Under the pieces are notes generated by a model. The model was not told the DNA's origin and did not search any database. It worked only from the letters and a program-made list of their open reading frames with translations. DNA of 64,000 bases. It comes from Puccinia triticina. Taxonomy: Eukaryota. The translations under genes and the position numbers were made by a program. Numbering within the stretch: the stretch's first letter is position 1; each line of letters starts with the position of its first letter. Shown here piece after piece: positions 49,693-60,994 of the stretch. Location: assembly GCA_026914245.1 (NCBI GenBank), contig CP110439.1:1612001-1676000 (forward strand), read 5' to 3'.

Positions 49693-50158
49693 CACCAGGA
49701 AAATAAAATAGTCAGTTGATGACAAGTGACATCACACCAGCTCCAGCCAGCTACCCACCATCTATCCAATATCTATCCACTATTCACCCCAATCTCCCAA
49801 CAATCTCTTCAACTTCCAAAGTTTCCCAAGGAGGTCCTGTTCAGTTTTTCATGAGCCCAACTGATCCTCAGTTCTGTCCAGCTGATACTCAGCTTTGTTA
49901 CCCAGCTCATACTCAGCTTTGTTGCTCAGCTCATACTCAGCTTTGTTGCTCAGCTCATACCCAGCTTTTTCACGCAGCTCACTCTCAGAATTTGAATAAA
50001 GCCTTTTGATCAGTCCTAGCCCAGGTGATGCTCAGCTTTATACTAGTCCTGGTGCAGCTGATGATAAGCTTTGTACCCGTCCTTGCTCAGCCTTTTCCTA
50101 GTCCTGTCCCAGCTGATGCTCAGCTTTGACCCAGTCCTGGGCAAGCTGGCCAGCTGAT
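49693..50158 (-). mobile_element. Partial inverted copy of the element at 11052-11916
   Basis: Reverse-complement match to about 11480-11916, starting at the CACCAGG TIR. Confidence 0.85.
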
Positions 50159-51117
50159 GGGTCTCAATGACCGGTGTGTGCGGGTCATCGAGTGGGTTAT
50201 GTATCCACTCGATGACCGGTGTGTGCGGGTCATTGAGTGGGTTATGTATCCACTCAATGACCAGTGTGTGTGGGTCATCGAGTGGGTTGTGTACCCCTAA
50301 GAGGATATTCCAGGTATCAATAGCAATGTTGGACAGAAATGGCCTAGGCGTAAAAGGGACATGGTGGTGGTGATACGACACCCCCAACAGGTTCAAGTCT
50401 AGAATTGATTCCAGCTTCCTTTGGCGCACGTCGAATGTTTCAACCAGTTGGATCTAATGCCTTGCGGGGCCAAAAATACATTGGTGGTGTGGTGGTGGCG
50501 TTGTCGTGAAGGATACATGTAAGCGGCGCTGCGGAGTCAAGGCTTGAGGCAAGCTTGCTGGTCAATGGCTTATAAAAGGAGGCTCTTGTGTTTGGATAAT
50601 CCCCCAGGCGTCCTCTGCAGCTGTACTTCCAGCTTGCGGTTCGTCCTCAATCCCCTCTGCTGTTGCACTTGCACAGTTTGAGGGGCTAAAGAGTGCCCCC
50701 CCCCCAGGTTCTGCAGCCTTTGCTGCAGGATGGGGGCCTTCAACACCCTTCCTTTTTGACCCGTGCGCTTGACACGGGCTGGACGTTGGCCCAGACGCAA
50801 CAGCCATTGCTGTTCACAACACCCCATTTGGTGTTGTTTGGGGGCATTTGAGATTTCATTTTTTTCCAGTTCTGTTTTATGTAGATTAAACCTTGTAATT
50901 TATTTTGTGTTTTATAATAAGGGGAAACCTTTGATGTTTTTTTTGCTGATTTTATGTATTTACAGGGAGAACCCTTGATCTTTTTTTTCTCAGTTGTTGA
51001 AAAACTGTGTCTCTAATAAACTTGGATTTTGGGAAAAAATTACTGGTTTTTGAAAGCCTTGTCCTTGTACAAAGTGGCCAAAAAGTTCTAAAACTCTTAA
51101 ATACATATTTAATATGA

Positions 51118-52775
51118 CTAGAGGCCAAGGCGGCTTCGCCGCTGCACGATCAGGTCCCAGTAACTCTACACCCAAAGAGTGCGCCACACCCAGACCCCGC
51201 TGCAGGCTCAGGCCTCCACCATCCAAACTATTTGAGCTGTTTTCTGCAGATGGGCTCGGGGCTTAGGCTCTGGGGTTTAGCTCAAGCCTGAAACTCAATT
51301 GAAATAACAAGCCAACTCCAAATCAGCTCACGCATGCATTATATGACACAAGCATAACCAGCTACACCACAGCCGTCCCTCGCTATATCCAGAATACTTA
51401 TGTCTCCTCCTTCTACAGTTCCAGAGAGTTTACATTAGGCAAACCTTGAGCTAGTCAGATGTTTCAATAATTACAGTAGGCTATCTTAACGAGTACTTTG
51501 CGCTTGCTAACTATGAAAATATTAATATCACACCGATCCCCGCCACCATTCACAGATGAGGAACATGTCACAAAGCCAACAGACCCGCCACACACCAACA
51601 AACGGCAATTAAAAACACACGGGGCCTCCACCAAAAATAACCAGGGATCATGTAACCTAGACATTCAAGTCGCGCCCAGCTAATCGCCTTGCCTACTCCA
51701 CTTCAATCGCAGACGCCTCGGCCCATTTTACGCCCGACCGCATTGCGCCCAGCCAGCCCCGCGAGATCAGACCCAGTCCTAACCATCAACCCCACCCGCC
51801 ACTTGTGACACCTTTAGACCGTCGGGTCATGACCAACAGACCAAAGGCAAAAAAGAGCCATCAGGGACTCATGACCCGACGGTCTAAAGGTGTCACAAGT
51901 GGCGGGTGGGGTTGATGGTTAGGACTGGGTCTGATCTCGCGGGGCTGGCTGGGCGCAATGCGGTCGGGCGTAAAATGGGCCGAGGCGTCTGCGATTGAAG
52001 TGGAGTAGGCAAGGCGATTAGCTGGGCGCGACTTGAATGTCTAGGTTACATGATCCCTGGCTTGGCCAAGGTCACCGTATGAGTGGCTTGGCCTTGGTTG
52101 GTCAGATTACGTACAAAAGTTGATATTGCGGTTCTGCAAACCCTTGGCAACGGGCTTGCCGGAAGCGAATATCTTGTTGTGGGTGTGACGGGGCTAGGTG
52201 TTTGGTCGGTTGAGCGAGTGCGTACAAGCATGCGTGGTTACCGGGTTAGGTTGGGGATGTCATGGCGGCAGTTTCAGGTTGGATGTGGTTGTTTTGGGTA
52301 CAGTATGAAGGAGGAAGGGTTCAGCGGGCGATTAGGCGATTCGGGTGTCGGATAGATAAATAGAAGCGGCCGCTCGTCGGTTGTTCCCCAGGGAGTTTGG
52401 TGATGCTGAATTTGAGGCTATCCTTCTCCCTCAACCCTTCCGCTGTTGCATGTGCGCAGTTTGAGGGGCGAAGAGTTGGCCCCCCACTGGTTTGCAAGCT
52501 TTGCTGCGGGCCGGGGGCCTTCATGTCCAGTCCTTTTGACCCGTGCGCTTGACGCGGGCTGGGGGCTGAGCCTGTAGCACAGCACTTCTGCTGATGTTGG
52601 AAGGCTATTACGATTATGAAATATTTATTTTTGTTGAAATAATTAAATTGTAGACTATGACAGTTGTTCTGGCATTTGAGCATACCCTTTTATTTTTATT
52701 TTGGAAAATAAGAGGCAAAACACTTGAATTTTTTTTTGAAAATTCTGGTAAATCTGTGTCTTTAATAAACTTGGA
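51118..52775 (-). mobile_element. Complete non-autonomous Helitron (about 1.66 kb)
   Basis: On the minus strand: 5' A|TCCAAG at 52775; 3' hairpin GCGGC-GAA-GCCGC then CTAG|T at 51118. A|T target with no TSD. Confidence 0.75.
51641..52060. repeat. Perfect 192-bp inverted repeat with a 36-bp spacer
   Basis: Arms 51641-51832 and 51869-52060 read as exact reverse complements. Confidence 0.95.
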
Positions 52776-53442
52776 TTCACCAAATTTTTTGGATTTTTTG
52801 GCCTGTGGGAATATGAATTCCAGGTCCCCAAATGGCTGTACTTGTTTTTTTTTATTGGTGGGATTTTTAAGCATACAAGGAAGCTTCAAAAAACTCCAAA
52901 TAAATTCACAGAGGACAATAAGAAGCTTGTCTATTGATTGGTCAAAAATAATTTGCAAAATTTGCGCCCTTCATGCGCAGTGCGCGAAGTGTTTGCAAAC
53001 TTCGCGCACTGCACAGTGCGCAAAGAGCTTTTCGCAGTGCGCGAAGTAAGTCCGTAATAAGAAGGGGTAAAAAAACACCTATTTTCTTCATCCCAAAGCT
53101 TGTGAAAGTGTCTTGTTTGAGTGAAAAAATTTAAGCTAACCAATTTAATTCATTGTAATGAAGCTTCTGTTTAGCGTAGCATAGCGTATGTTGTCACTAG
53201 CTACGCTAAATGTGTGCAAAATTTTTGTTAGCTTATAACAAGTTACACTAATTTCTAGTTTAGCACTTATTATTTAAATCTAACACTATTTGTTTTGGAA
53301 ATTAAATTATTATAACTACGCTGACTGTTAGCGTAGTGGGTTTTAACTTTATCTAACACTAAATGAATCCTGGAGGGAAAAATGGCCACTAAGCTAAGAG
53401 ATTATGGTCAAATAGCGTAGTTTAGCGTAGCAACCCACTGTT

Positions 53443-53710
53443 GTCTTAAACCAAGGTTTTAAGCCTTTTAAATCTTGGGTTTAAAGGTCTTAAACCAAGG
53501 TTTTAAGTCTTTTAAACCTTGGGTTTAAAGGTCTTAAACCAAGGTTTTAAGTCTTTTAAACCTTGGGTTTAAAGGTCTTAAACAAGGTTTTAAGTCTTTG
53601 AAACCTTGGGTTTAAAGGTCTTAAACCAAGGTTTTAAGCCTTTTAAACCTTGGGTTTAAAGGTCTTAAACCAAGGTTTTAAGCCTTTTAAACCTTGGGTT
53701 TAAAGGTCTT
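53443..53710. repeat. 44-bp tandem repeat x6 (dimer of 22-bp subunits)
   Basis: Unit GTCTTAAACCAAGGTTTTAAGCCTTTTAAACCTTGGGTTTAAAG. Diverged relatives at about 11970-12172 and 62260-62460. Confidence 0.9.
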
Positions 53711-54924
53711 GAATGGAAGGTATTATTAAATAAAGATTTACAATGACCAGCGTCAAGACTGTCTGGAAGAACCAAATCAATGTCACCAGGGGAGAAAGTG
53801 TGGCACTCTCTAGGGAGTGCCAGACCGTAACTTTATCTTTGACTTGGTCAGAAGTCAGTTCAATGTGGGTGGGTAACTTGTGTTCAACTTTGTTGGCAAA
53901 CTTCTTAGCAACTATTTTATAAGAGTATGATGAGTTCAGTGCAACTCATCTGTAACTCCTGATAGTATCAGTTTGGATTTTATTCTATCCTTCAGGCATC
54001 TGGATTTGAAGATAATTCATGATGACTGCCAGATACTCCCCTAAATTTGTCTGATTCTGTCCTCATTACAGGCCATTTGCGTAATTTGTGAAGATTTTTT
54101 TTTGGCTTCCTCATGGACCATATTCAGCCACCTTATTCACACGAGCTATTTGGATGCAGATGTGAATTACATGGTTTCTCCCTATGACCCATATTTTTTG
54201 TCTCCTACTCAGCCTGCCAAGTCCTAGTGGTTTCCTGCAGCTGTTGCTTGACCATGATGACCTGAAGAGTGGGTGATGGTGCCCATTCAGGGGATTGGGG
54301 AATCCTCTTGGTGGCATGGTTGTCCTGGCCATTGAGGAGACACACCCCCTTTATATGGCCAGTAAAACCCGGCCATAAAAGGGAGTTGCCTGCTAGTTTC
54401 ATCCTACAGGTCTATCCGTGACATAGGCCATCAATGTCACATTAAGATCCTGCTCAAAATTGTCACCCTCATGTTTGTCCCAACATCAGGGTGACATTCA
54501 TGGCCAGGTTGTACCCGCCATCAAGAGGAGTTGATGGTGGGTACAACTTGGCCATCGGAGGCAGACTCCCTTTGATGGCCAGGTTGTACTGGCCATAAAA
54601 GGGAGTACACACCTTGTTCAATGTCTGTTACAACTCAGCCATCTAAGGGCTTTGATGGCCGAGTTGTAACAGCCATCAAACCAATTTTGAACTCCCTTCA
54701 ATGTCTGTTGAAAAACAGCTATTGAAGGGATTCTGCATCCAATTTCTGAGCTATACCAGCCATTGGGGGGATCTCACACTCCTTTTGATTGATAGGCTGT
54801 ATCTGCCATCAAAAGGAGTACACTCTCCCTTTGATGGCTGGTGCAACTCTTCCATCAAGGGGAGTAGGGGGAGTGGGAAATCCTCTTGATGGCTGGGTTG
54901 TACCAGGCATTGAGGAGACACAAT

Positions 54925-57900
54925 TATTGTGGCACAGGAGGTCTCGTGCACAATAAATGATGGTATTGATGATCAACAGAACCAAACACCTCGGACCAGA
55001 GTCCGAGGTGAAGCTGATACCGCGACTGCGGCGAGTCTCGGGATGCGTAGCCCCTCAGGCTACAACACCCCCCCTCTCGCCGTAGACGCGGCATCACCCT
55101 AAACACTAAGTACAATAATAGGAAGAAACAAAGAAAGGAGAAAAAAAACATAATAAAAAATTGAGGAGAGGAAAGAGAAAACAAAACTGAAACAGAAACC
55201 GCCAGGAGACTCAGGAAGACATGATTCTTGTGCGCATTGATACAAAGCTATCTTGAGGCATACCCTTTGTAAAAATATCAGCCAGTTGATCCTTTGTACA
55301 AACCCATTCTAGGATTGTTTTTTTCTGGAAGAGGGCTTCGTTCGTGATATAGAAATCGCGGTCAGTGTGGCGCGTTCTTTTGTTGGACGCGTCATCAGTA
55401 GCCACCTTGATTGCCGACTGATTGTCGCAAAAAAGAAAACCTACGTAGTCCTTGCGCAAGATGTCTCGAAGTAGGTGCCTAACCCAGAGAGTCTGTCGTG
55501 TAGCGACCCCCAACGCCATATACTCTGCATGACACGTGGAAGATGCCACGGAGACTTGCCTCCTCGAGACCCAAAGTACCGGGCAGTTGAGGAAGGTGAT
55601 CAAGACCCCATACGAGGACCTAGAGAACTCTCCTCCCCACGATGCATCTGCGAAAGTCTTCAAAGGCTTAAGATCTCGTGACGGAAAAAGAGAGAGACGC
55701 ACATTTTTGCTACCAGCCAGATAGTTGATCAGGTTTCGCACGCCTTTCCAGTGCAAGAGCCCTGGTTTCGCCGCAAACCGTGCCAGATAGTTCACCGCGA
55801 AGCAAATGTCTGGGCGTGTGCCGACAGCCAGGTAACTCAGAGAACCGATAACCGACAGATAGCGCCCTGAGTCGGCGCTGACCCCATTTTCATCAGTGAT
55901 CGCATTGAAACCGGCTGGCAAAGGTGTCGTTGCTGTTGAAACCCCGTCCCAATGTTCCCCGAGTATCCCTGCTATTAGTTCTTTTTGATAAAGCTGAAAA
56001 CCTCTGTGAGAACGTGAAACATTAAGCCCAACAATTGAGTCCAAACTGTCAGACCACTTGATTTTTAAAATATCTTTAAGGTCAGTTTCTAACTTCTTCA
56101 ACAAGGTCATATTCGACGCGGTTACCACACCATCGTCAACGTGTAGCCATACAACACCTGCTTTGTCTGGGTGCCGGAGAACATAAAGACTGTTGTCGTA
56201 CTGCGAGGGGGAGTAGCCAAAACGGTCAAGAACTTCTTTTAGATGCAGCCACCAGCACCGCGCTGCCTGCCTTGTACCATACAAGGCCTTCTTTAAAAGT
56301 AGCGCATGTCCATGAGGAGTCTTCATACCCTCCGGAGGTTTTACCCATACTTCTTCATCGATCTTGGAGTTGAGGTACGCCGCAACAAAATCGAAACTTT
56401 GTACCGGCCAGTTGTGTTCCGCCGCCACCGTCAGGAGTAGCCTTAGCGAGACAAAGGTTGCAGTCGGCGCGAAAGTTGCATTGAAATCCTGTCCCTCGAC
56501 CTGTGTGAAGCCCTTTGCCACATACCGGGCTTTGAACCTGACCCCCGAGCCATTAGAATCTGGTTTTGTGGCGAAGACCCATCGCCCTCCTAATGCTTTT
56601 TTATCCTCTGGCTTTAGGCCGAGAACCCAGACCCGCATCTCTTCCAGATTGGTGAGTTCGACCGCTATCGCCTTTGACCAGTATTCCTTCTCAGGAGAGT
56701 TCATAGCTTGTTTGAACGTCTTCGGCACTGTGATTGCATAGAACTCGCATAGATCAATGATCTTGTCAACTATCAACTCCTGGTTAGTGAATTCAATCTC
56801 CTTGGTGAAGTCACCAAGCTGGAGTAAGTTCATAACGTAATCCACAGAAAGTTTTGGCTCCCGTGGCAGCGTCTCTTTATCAGCGGCTACCGGAGTACTG
56901 TCGGAGGGTTGCTTGACAGGGGCATTTGAAAGTTCAAGAGGAAAACGTACCATGGCAGATGAAACGAACTTTTTCTGTTCAGGAAGCCAGAGCAGCCATC
57001 CTTTGCTGGAGTCAAGATGTGCAATGACCAAACCTTTCACAGCACGCTCATCCAGCTTTTTTCTCTTTTCGTGCGGAATATGGATATACCCAGTACTCCC
57101 GAAGACTCGGAAGTGATTGTACTGAGGCTTCTTTTTGAACATGGCTTCGTATGGTGTCATGTCGCCGCTTGCCTTGTTCGGGATCCTGTTCAAGACATGA
57201 GCTGCCCACACAAAAGCGTAGCTCCAGAATTGTTTGCCAAGAGGGCTGTCAATCAGTAGCGTCCGACCCATATCCGCAATGGTCCGGTTGAAACGTTCTA
57301 TCATCCCGTTTTGGTAGTGATGATACGGGAGCGCCTTTTCCGCTGCTATTCCTTTAGAACTCAAAAATTCGCTAAGTTTTTTGTTAGCAAATTCTCCACC
57401 GTTGTCACTCCTCAGAGTACCGAGACGTTTCCCCGTGATCAGTTCTAAACGCGTAATGGTGGATATAATGTGATCATTTGCCTCAGACTTAGCTTTGAGG
57501 ACTTTTGCAAATGCATAGCCGGTGGCTACGTCCCGCATGGTCAGCAAGTATTTGCCTCCCTCAACAGAGTCTACCTGGAATGGGCCCATCAGGTCCACGG
57601 CCATAACATCTAGGCGCTCGTTCTTGCGCAGAGTTGAAGCTAAAGGATTTATTTGGGTGCTTTTGCTGATGGCACATACCGGACAGTGTATTTTGCCCGC
57701 GGGGATTTCTTGTGGAAGTCCATTTCCCATTTGATATTTGATAATCCGTCGCACATGCCTAAGGCTGGCATGTCCAAAGGTCCGGTGGTAGTAGAGCAGT
57801 TTTAATTCATCCTTGCTCAGGGCTTCCGCCTTCCATTGGTAATCAGATGCCTGGCATAAGGGCTCTCGGAATATATCATCCTCTGGTTTCACTTTGGAAT

Positions 57901-60900
57901 TAGAAGCAAGGATAGCTATGTCATTTCTCGCATATTCTGGACATTTCTTGAGATCACATGCTGACAATGGAGAGGGAGAAAGAGATGTGCAAGGCATGAT
58001 CTGGTCTGTGGGAGGGCATAAAGTAGAAACGAGTGCAGGAAATGGTTGCGGAACTGGTGGGGAAGGAAGAGGTAGAGAGACATGAGAAACGAGGAAATCG
58101 AGGCCAGTATCGGATCTGGGTAAGTCCACATTCGACTTGATCATCGGGTACGGCATGCACCAGCGGTTCTTGGTTGGCTCGAAAGCGCAATCGAACAAGC
58201 GTTCGCCGCTTGAACGTGAGATCTGGAAGGTGTCTGTTGCGTTATCATAAGCAACAAGCGCATTAGCCTTCCTTAGCGCAGCCATGGATATCAGGGTGGC
58301 CTTAGCGTGCTCACAATATAGGACTTGCCTGAGCACGATAACTCGCCCATCAGGGGCTTGAAATTTCAGGGATCCCACCCCAGTGATCGTGGAACCTCCT
58401 CCACTGGTAGCTACGGAAACACCGATAGGTTTGGGCAGGGTACGGAAATCGTGTAGCAGGAATTTAGAGCCAGTAAAACCGTGCGATGCACCGGTGTCGA
58501 AAACAGCTACGTCACTTACGAGGTCTTCTCCCAAAGCCATCGAGTGGAAGTCTAGGTCGTCTAGATCATCCGGAAGCCCGTTGACTTCCACAACATGCGC
58601 CGACACGCTTTGCTTCTCGGCGCCGTTGCTTGACGAGGTAGATTGCTGGGATCGATTCCTGTTCTGGCGGTCTCCCCCATACCTCGGACGGTAGTGATCG
58701 GCCAGTTGTCTTGCGTGCTCTTGATTGCGCGAAGGAGCCGCATTCGATCTCCTGAAGTTCATCCGGGGAAAACGTCCGGAGCTGACTGGCATACCGCTGG
58801 GCAGGTGGCCGTAGATCGTCCCAACGAGTGTGCCAAGAGGTTGGCCGAACTGTCGCTTGCTTGAATCGCCTTTTGACTTATCTGGGCAGTTCCGAGCATA
58901 ATGGCCCGTCCCCCCACATTGCCAACAGGTGCTCGCCGTTAGAGCATAGAAGTCCAAAGCGTCCACCCATTGATCCTCTTCGACGTCCATGAGAAAAGCG
59001 GAGACGTTGAATAGATCCTCTTGATCTACAGACGTGACAAGCGCTGAGGGTGGTTGATTTGACGCGAACGCTTGTCCAGACGAGGCAATTTCGGCGGCGT
59101 TCCTATTCTGCTCCTTACACACGTCCAGCGCATTCATGATCGCGTCGAAAGTCGGACAGGTCCCTTTTTTATCAGCTTGGACCAAGTTTTCGACTCGAAG
59201 CTCAAAATTTGAACTGTACGGCGCCCCAGACTCCATAACGGCGGCTTGAACGATGAAGCCGAGAAAAGCATCCGCGCTGAATGTGACGCTTACTGAGGTC
59301 CATTCGGCGAGAAGATTTTTAAGAGAGGACGAGATCCCGGCGTTGTGTCCTTCCGGGTCTATCTTGAAGCTCTTGAACTTGTACCAGATGTTCATCTGGG
59401 CTGCGCGAGACGCCGTCTTGAATTTGTCGAAGAGGGCCATGTACATCTCATAGCAGGTGACGAATTTCTGCATCTCTGCCACAAGCGATTGGTCGATGCT
59501 GGAGATTAGAACGGCCCGGCCTATCTTTTCGAAAGTCGAGTTGCTGCATTTCTCGAAAAAAAAGGTTGCGCTAGTCAAGCACGCCCTTCCAACTTCGGCC
59601 AGGTTCCGATGCCAATCGCCGAAATTCCGTCCATCGGCCTTCAGGAGATTCTCCGTCCGAAAAAGGCTCTTGGCGGATTGAATCGATCCTGCCACCAGCT
59701 TGCTCTGTCGTAGAAGAAATTCGGCTTCCTCGAAATCGGCCATCTCCTTCAGTCTTCTGGCATCCTCGGCAGTGATCATGTTATCAGGGCGTCTGGGAGG
59801 AAACACCTGATCAGCGTTAGGGGCCTGTCTTAAGTTAGAAGCTACCGGTAGTCTGGGATCCATGTGAGGAGGTGCCGATTTGTAGTCTTGAACGTCTGGC
59901 TTGGGAACACGAGAAAACGACGGCTTTTCTTTGCCTTTCGCCGTACTGCCTGTCGTTTCTGGACTCGGGAGTTGGTTGTCGAGCTGAGATTGCAGTACCG
60001 CGATGTCTTCGGCCAGCCTGTCCCGATGAGAGGAGTCTTCGATCTGCCAGTTGGTGGCGCTGGCGGAGGTTGATTGTCGAGGAGGTGACATGGGAAAAAC
60101 AGAAACACGGGAAAAGGAGGTGGGGTTCGGAAGTGAAAGGAAAAAGGAAAAAAAAGGAAAAGGAGGTTGGGAAGGGAAAATATGTGAGATCGGTAAGGAA
60201 AAAGGGAAAAAAAATCTGGGAGGTGATTCGATGTTCAATATACGAGTGATAGAGGCGATAGTGAGAATAAGTGGGAAAGAAAGAAAAGGTTCCAGGTACA
60301 GAGAGCGGGGAAAAAAAATTGACAGAATTTTTTTTTTTTTGTGGAGATAGTATGTAAGAAAAAGGATAAACAGATGTCGAAGGTGGAAAGGTTGAAGATC
60401 CAAGTCGGAGAAGGAGGAAACGACACCGACAAAACCCCGATGCTAATCAAAATTAGAACCTAAAAATTACCTACGGCAGGCAAGACTGGGCCACAGTCTT
60501 GTTTTCGAAAGGATGGCTAGTCCCTCTAGCCGTCAGTAACCTCCAAATTCTAACCTCAAACACACCAGAGTCGCGGATCTCGGTCGGAAAGGTTGATATT
60601 CCGAGGGAAAACGACAAGACGGTTTAAGTTTGTCGAATGCGAAAGTTGAGAAAGTCGACCTTCCGATGCAGTGTTGGTGGATCGGATAGACAAGACGGTT
60701 AATCTTGAAGGTCGAATGGGTGATTCAGTAAACAAAGAGAAGTTTGTAGAGTATCCGAGCAATTAGAACGGTGACTACCAATATACGGTTTAGGAAAATA
60801 TCGGTGTGATCAAGAGCAGGAAATTTTTAAGAGCGTCAGGGGCTCATAACCTATTGTGGCACAGGAGGTCTCGTGCACAATAAATGATGGTATTGATGAT

Positions 60901-60994
60901 CAACAGAACCAAACACCTCGGACCAGAGTCCGAGGTGAAGCTGATACCGCGACTGCGGCGAGTCTCGGGATGCGTAGCCCCTCAGGCTACAACA
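54925..60994 (-). mobile_element. Intact, young Ty1/Copia LTR retrotransposon
   Basis: Identical 143-bp LTRs (54925-55067 and 60852-60994), TSD ACAAT, PBS GGTTATGAGCCC directly after the 5' LTR, PPT GAGAGGGGGG, and a single open gag-pol ORF. Confidence 0.96.
55211..60091 (-). CDS. Copia gag-pol polyprotein (about 1626 aa)
   Basis: Zinc knuckle CWQCGGTGHYARNC; protease FDTGAS; HRTFGH..CPVC; integrase DLMGP, SDNGGEF, ERFNRT; RT KARYVAKG, LYGTRQA, HVDD; RNase H FADASW, CDNQSA, QLADIFTK. Integrase precedes RT. Confidence 0.95.
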   Translation of the reverse strand: MSPPRQSTSASATNWQIEDSSHRDRLAEDIAVLQSQLDNQLPSPETTGSTAKGKEKPSFSRVPKPDVQDYKSAPPHMDPRLPVASNLRQAPNADQVFPPRRPDNMITAEDARRLKEMADFEEAEFLLRQSKLVAGSIQSAKSLFRTENLLKADGRNFGDWHRNLAEVGRACLTSATFFFEKCSNSTFEKIGRAVLISSIDQSLVAEMQKFVTCYEMYMALFDKFKTASRAAQMNIWYKFKSFKIDPEGHNAGISSSLKNLLAEWTSVSVTFSADAFLGFIVQAAVMESGAPYSSNFELRVENLVQADKKGTCPTFDAIMNALDVCKEQNRNAAEIASSGQAFASNQPPSALVTSVDQEDLFNVSAFLMDVEEDQWVDALDFYALTASTCWQCGGTGHYARNCPDKSKGDSSKRQFGQPLGTLVGTIYGHLPSGMPVSSGRFPRMNFRRSNAAPSRNQEHARQLADHYRPRYGGDRQNRNRSQQSTSSSNGAEKQSVSAHVVEVNGLPDDLDDLDFHSMALGEDLVSDVAVFDTGASHGFTGSKFLLHDFRTLPKPIGVSVATSGGGSTITGVGSLKFQAPDGRVIVLRQVLYCEHAKATLISMAALRKANALVAYDNATDTFQISRSSGERLFDCAFEPTKNRWCMPYPMIKSNVDLPRSDTGLDFLVSHVSLPLPSPPVPQPFPALVSTLCPPTDQIMPCTSLSPSPLSACDLKKCPEYARNDIAILASNSKVKPEDDIFREPLCQASDYQWKAEALSKDELKLLYYHRTFGHASLRHVRRIIKYQMGNGLPQEIPAGKIHCPVCAISKSTQINPLASTLRKNERLDVMAVDLMGPFQVDSVEGGKYLLTMRDVATGYAFAKVLKAKSEANDHIISTITRLELITGKRLGTLRSDNGGEFANKKLSEFLSSKGIAAEKALPYHHYQNGMIERFNRTIADMGRTLLIDSPLGKQFWSYAFVWAAHVLNRIPNKASGDMTPYEAMFKKKPQYNHFRVFGSTGYIHIPHEKRKKLDERAVKGLVIAHLDSSKGWLLWLPEQKKFVSSAMVRFPLELSNAPVKQPSDSTPVAADKETLPREPKLSVDYVMNLLQLGDFTKEIEFTNQELIVDKIIDLCEFYAITVPKTFKQAMNSPEKEYWSKAIAVELTNLEEMRVWVLGLKPEDKKALGGRWVFATKPDSNGSGVRFKARYVAKGFTQVEGQDFNATFAPTATFVSLRLLLTVAAEHNWPVQSFDFVAAYLNSKIDEEVWVKPPEGMKTPHGHALLLKKALYGTRQAARCWWLHLKEVLDRFGYSPSQYDNSLYVLRHPDKAGVVWLHVDDGVVTASNMTLLKKLETDLKDILKIKWSDSLDSIVGLNVSRSHRGFQLYQKELIAGILGEHWDGVSTATTPLPAGFNAITDENGVSADSGRYLSVIGSLSYLAVGTRPDICFAVNYLARFAAKPGLLHWKGVRNLINYLAGSKNVRLSLFPSRDLKPLKTFADASWGGEFSRSSYGVLITFLNCPVLWVSRRQVSVASSTCHAEYMALGVATRQTLWVRHLLRDILRKDYVGFLFCDNQSAIKVATDDASNKRTRHTDRDFYITNEALFQKKTILEWVCTKDQLADIFTKGMPQDSFVSMRTRIMSS

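Noticed and set aside
53443..53710. Telomeric or centromeric satellite
   Set aside because: The array is short, is not TTAGGG, and has related arrays in TE context elsewhere in the window.
60092..60403. N-terminal 104 aa of the 1730-aa Copia ORF
   Set aside because: It starts at a non-ATG codon and translates the T-rich 5'UTR; the first ATG is at 60091.
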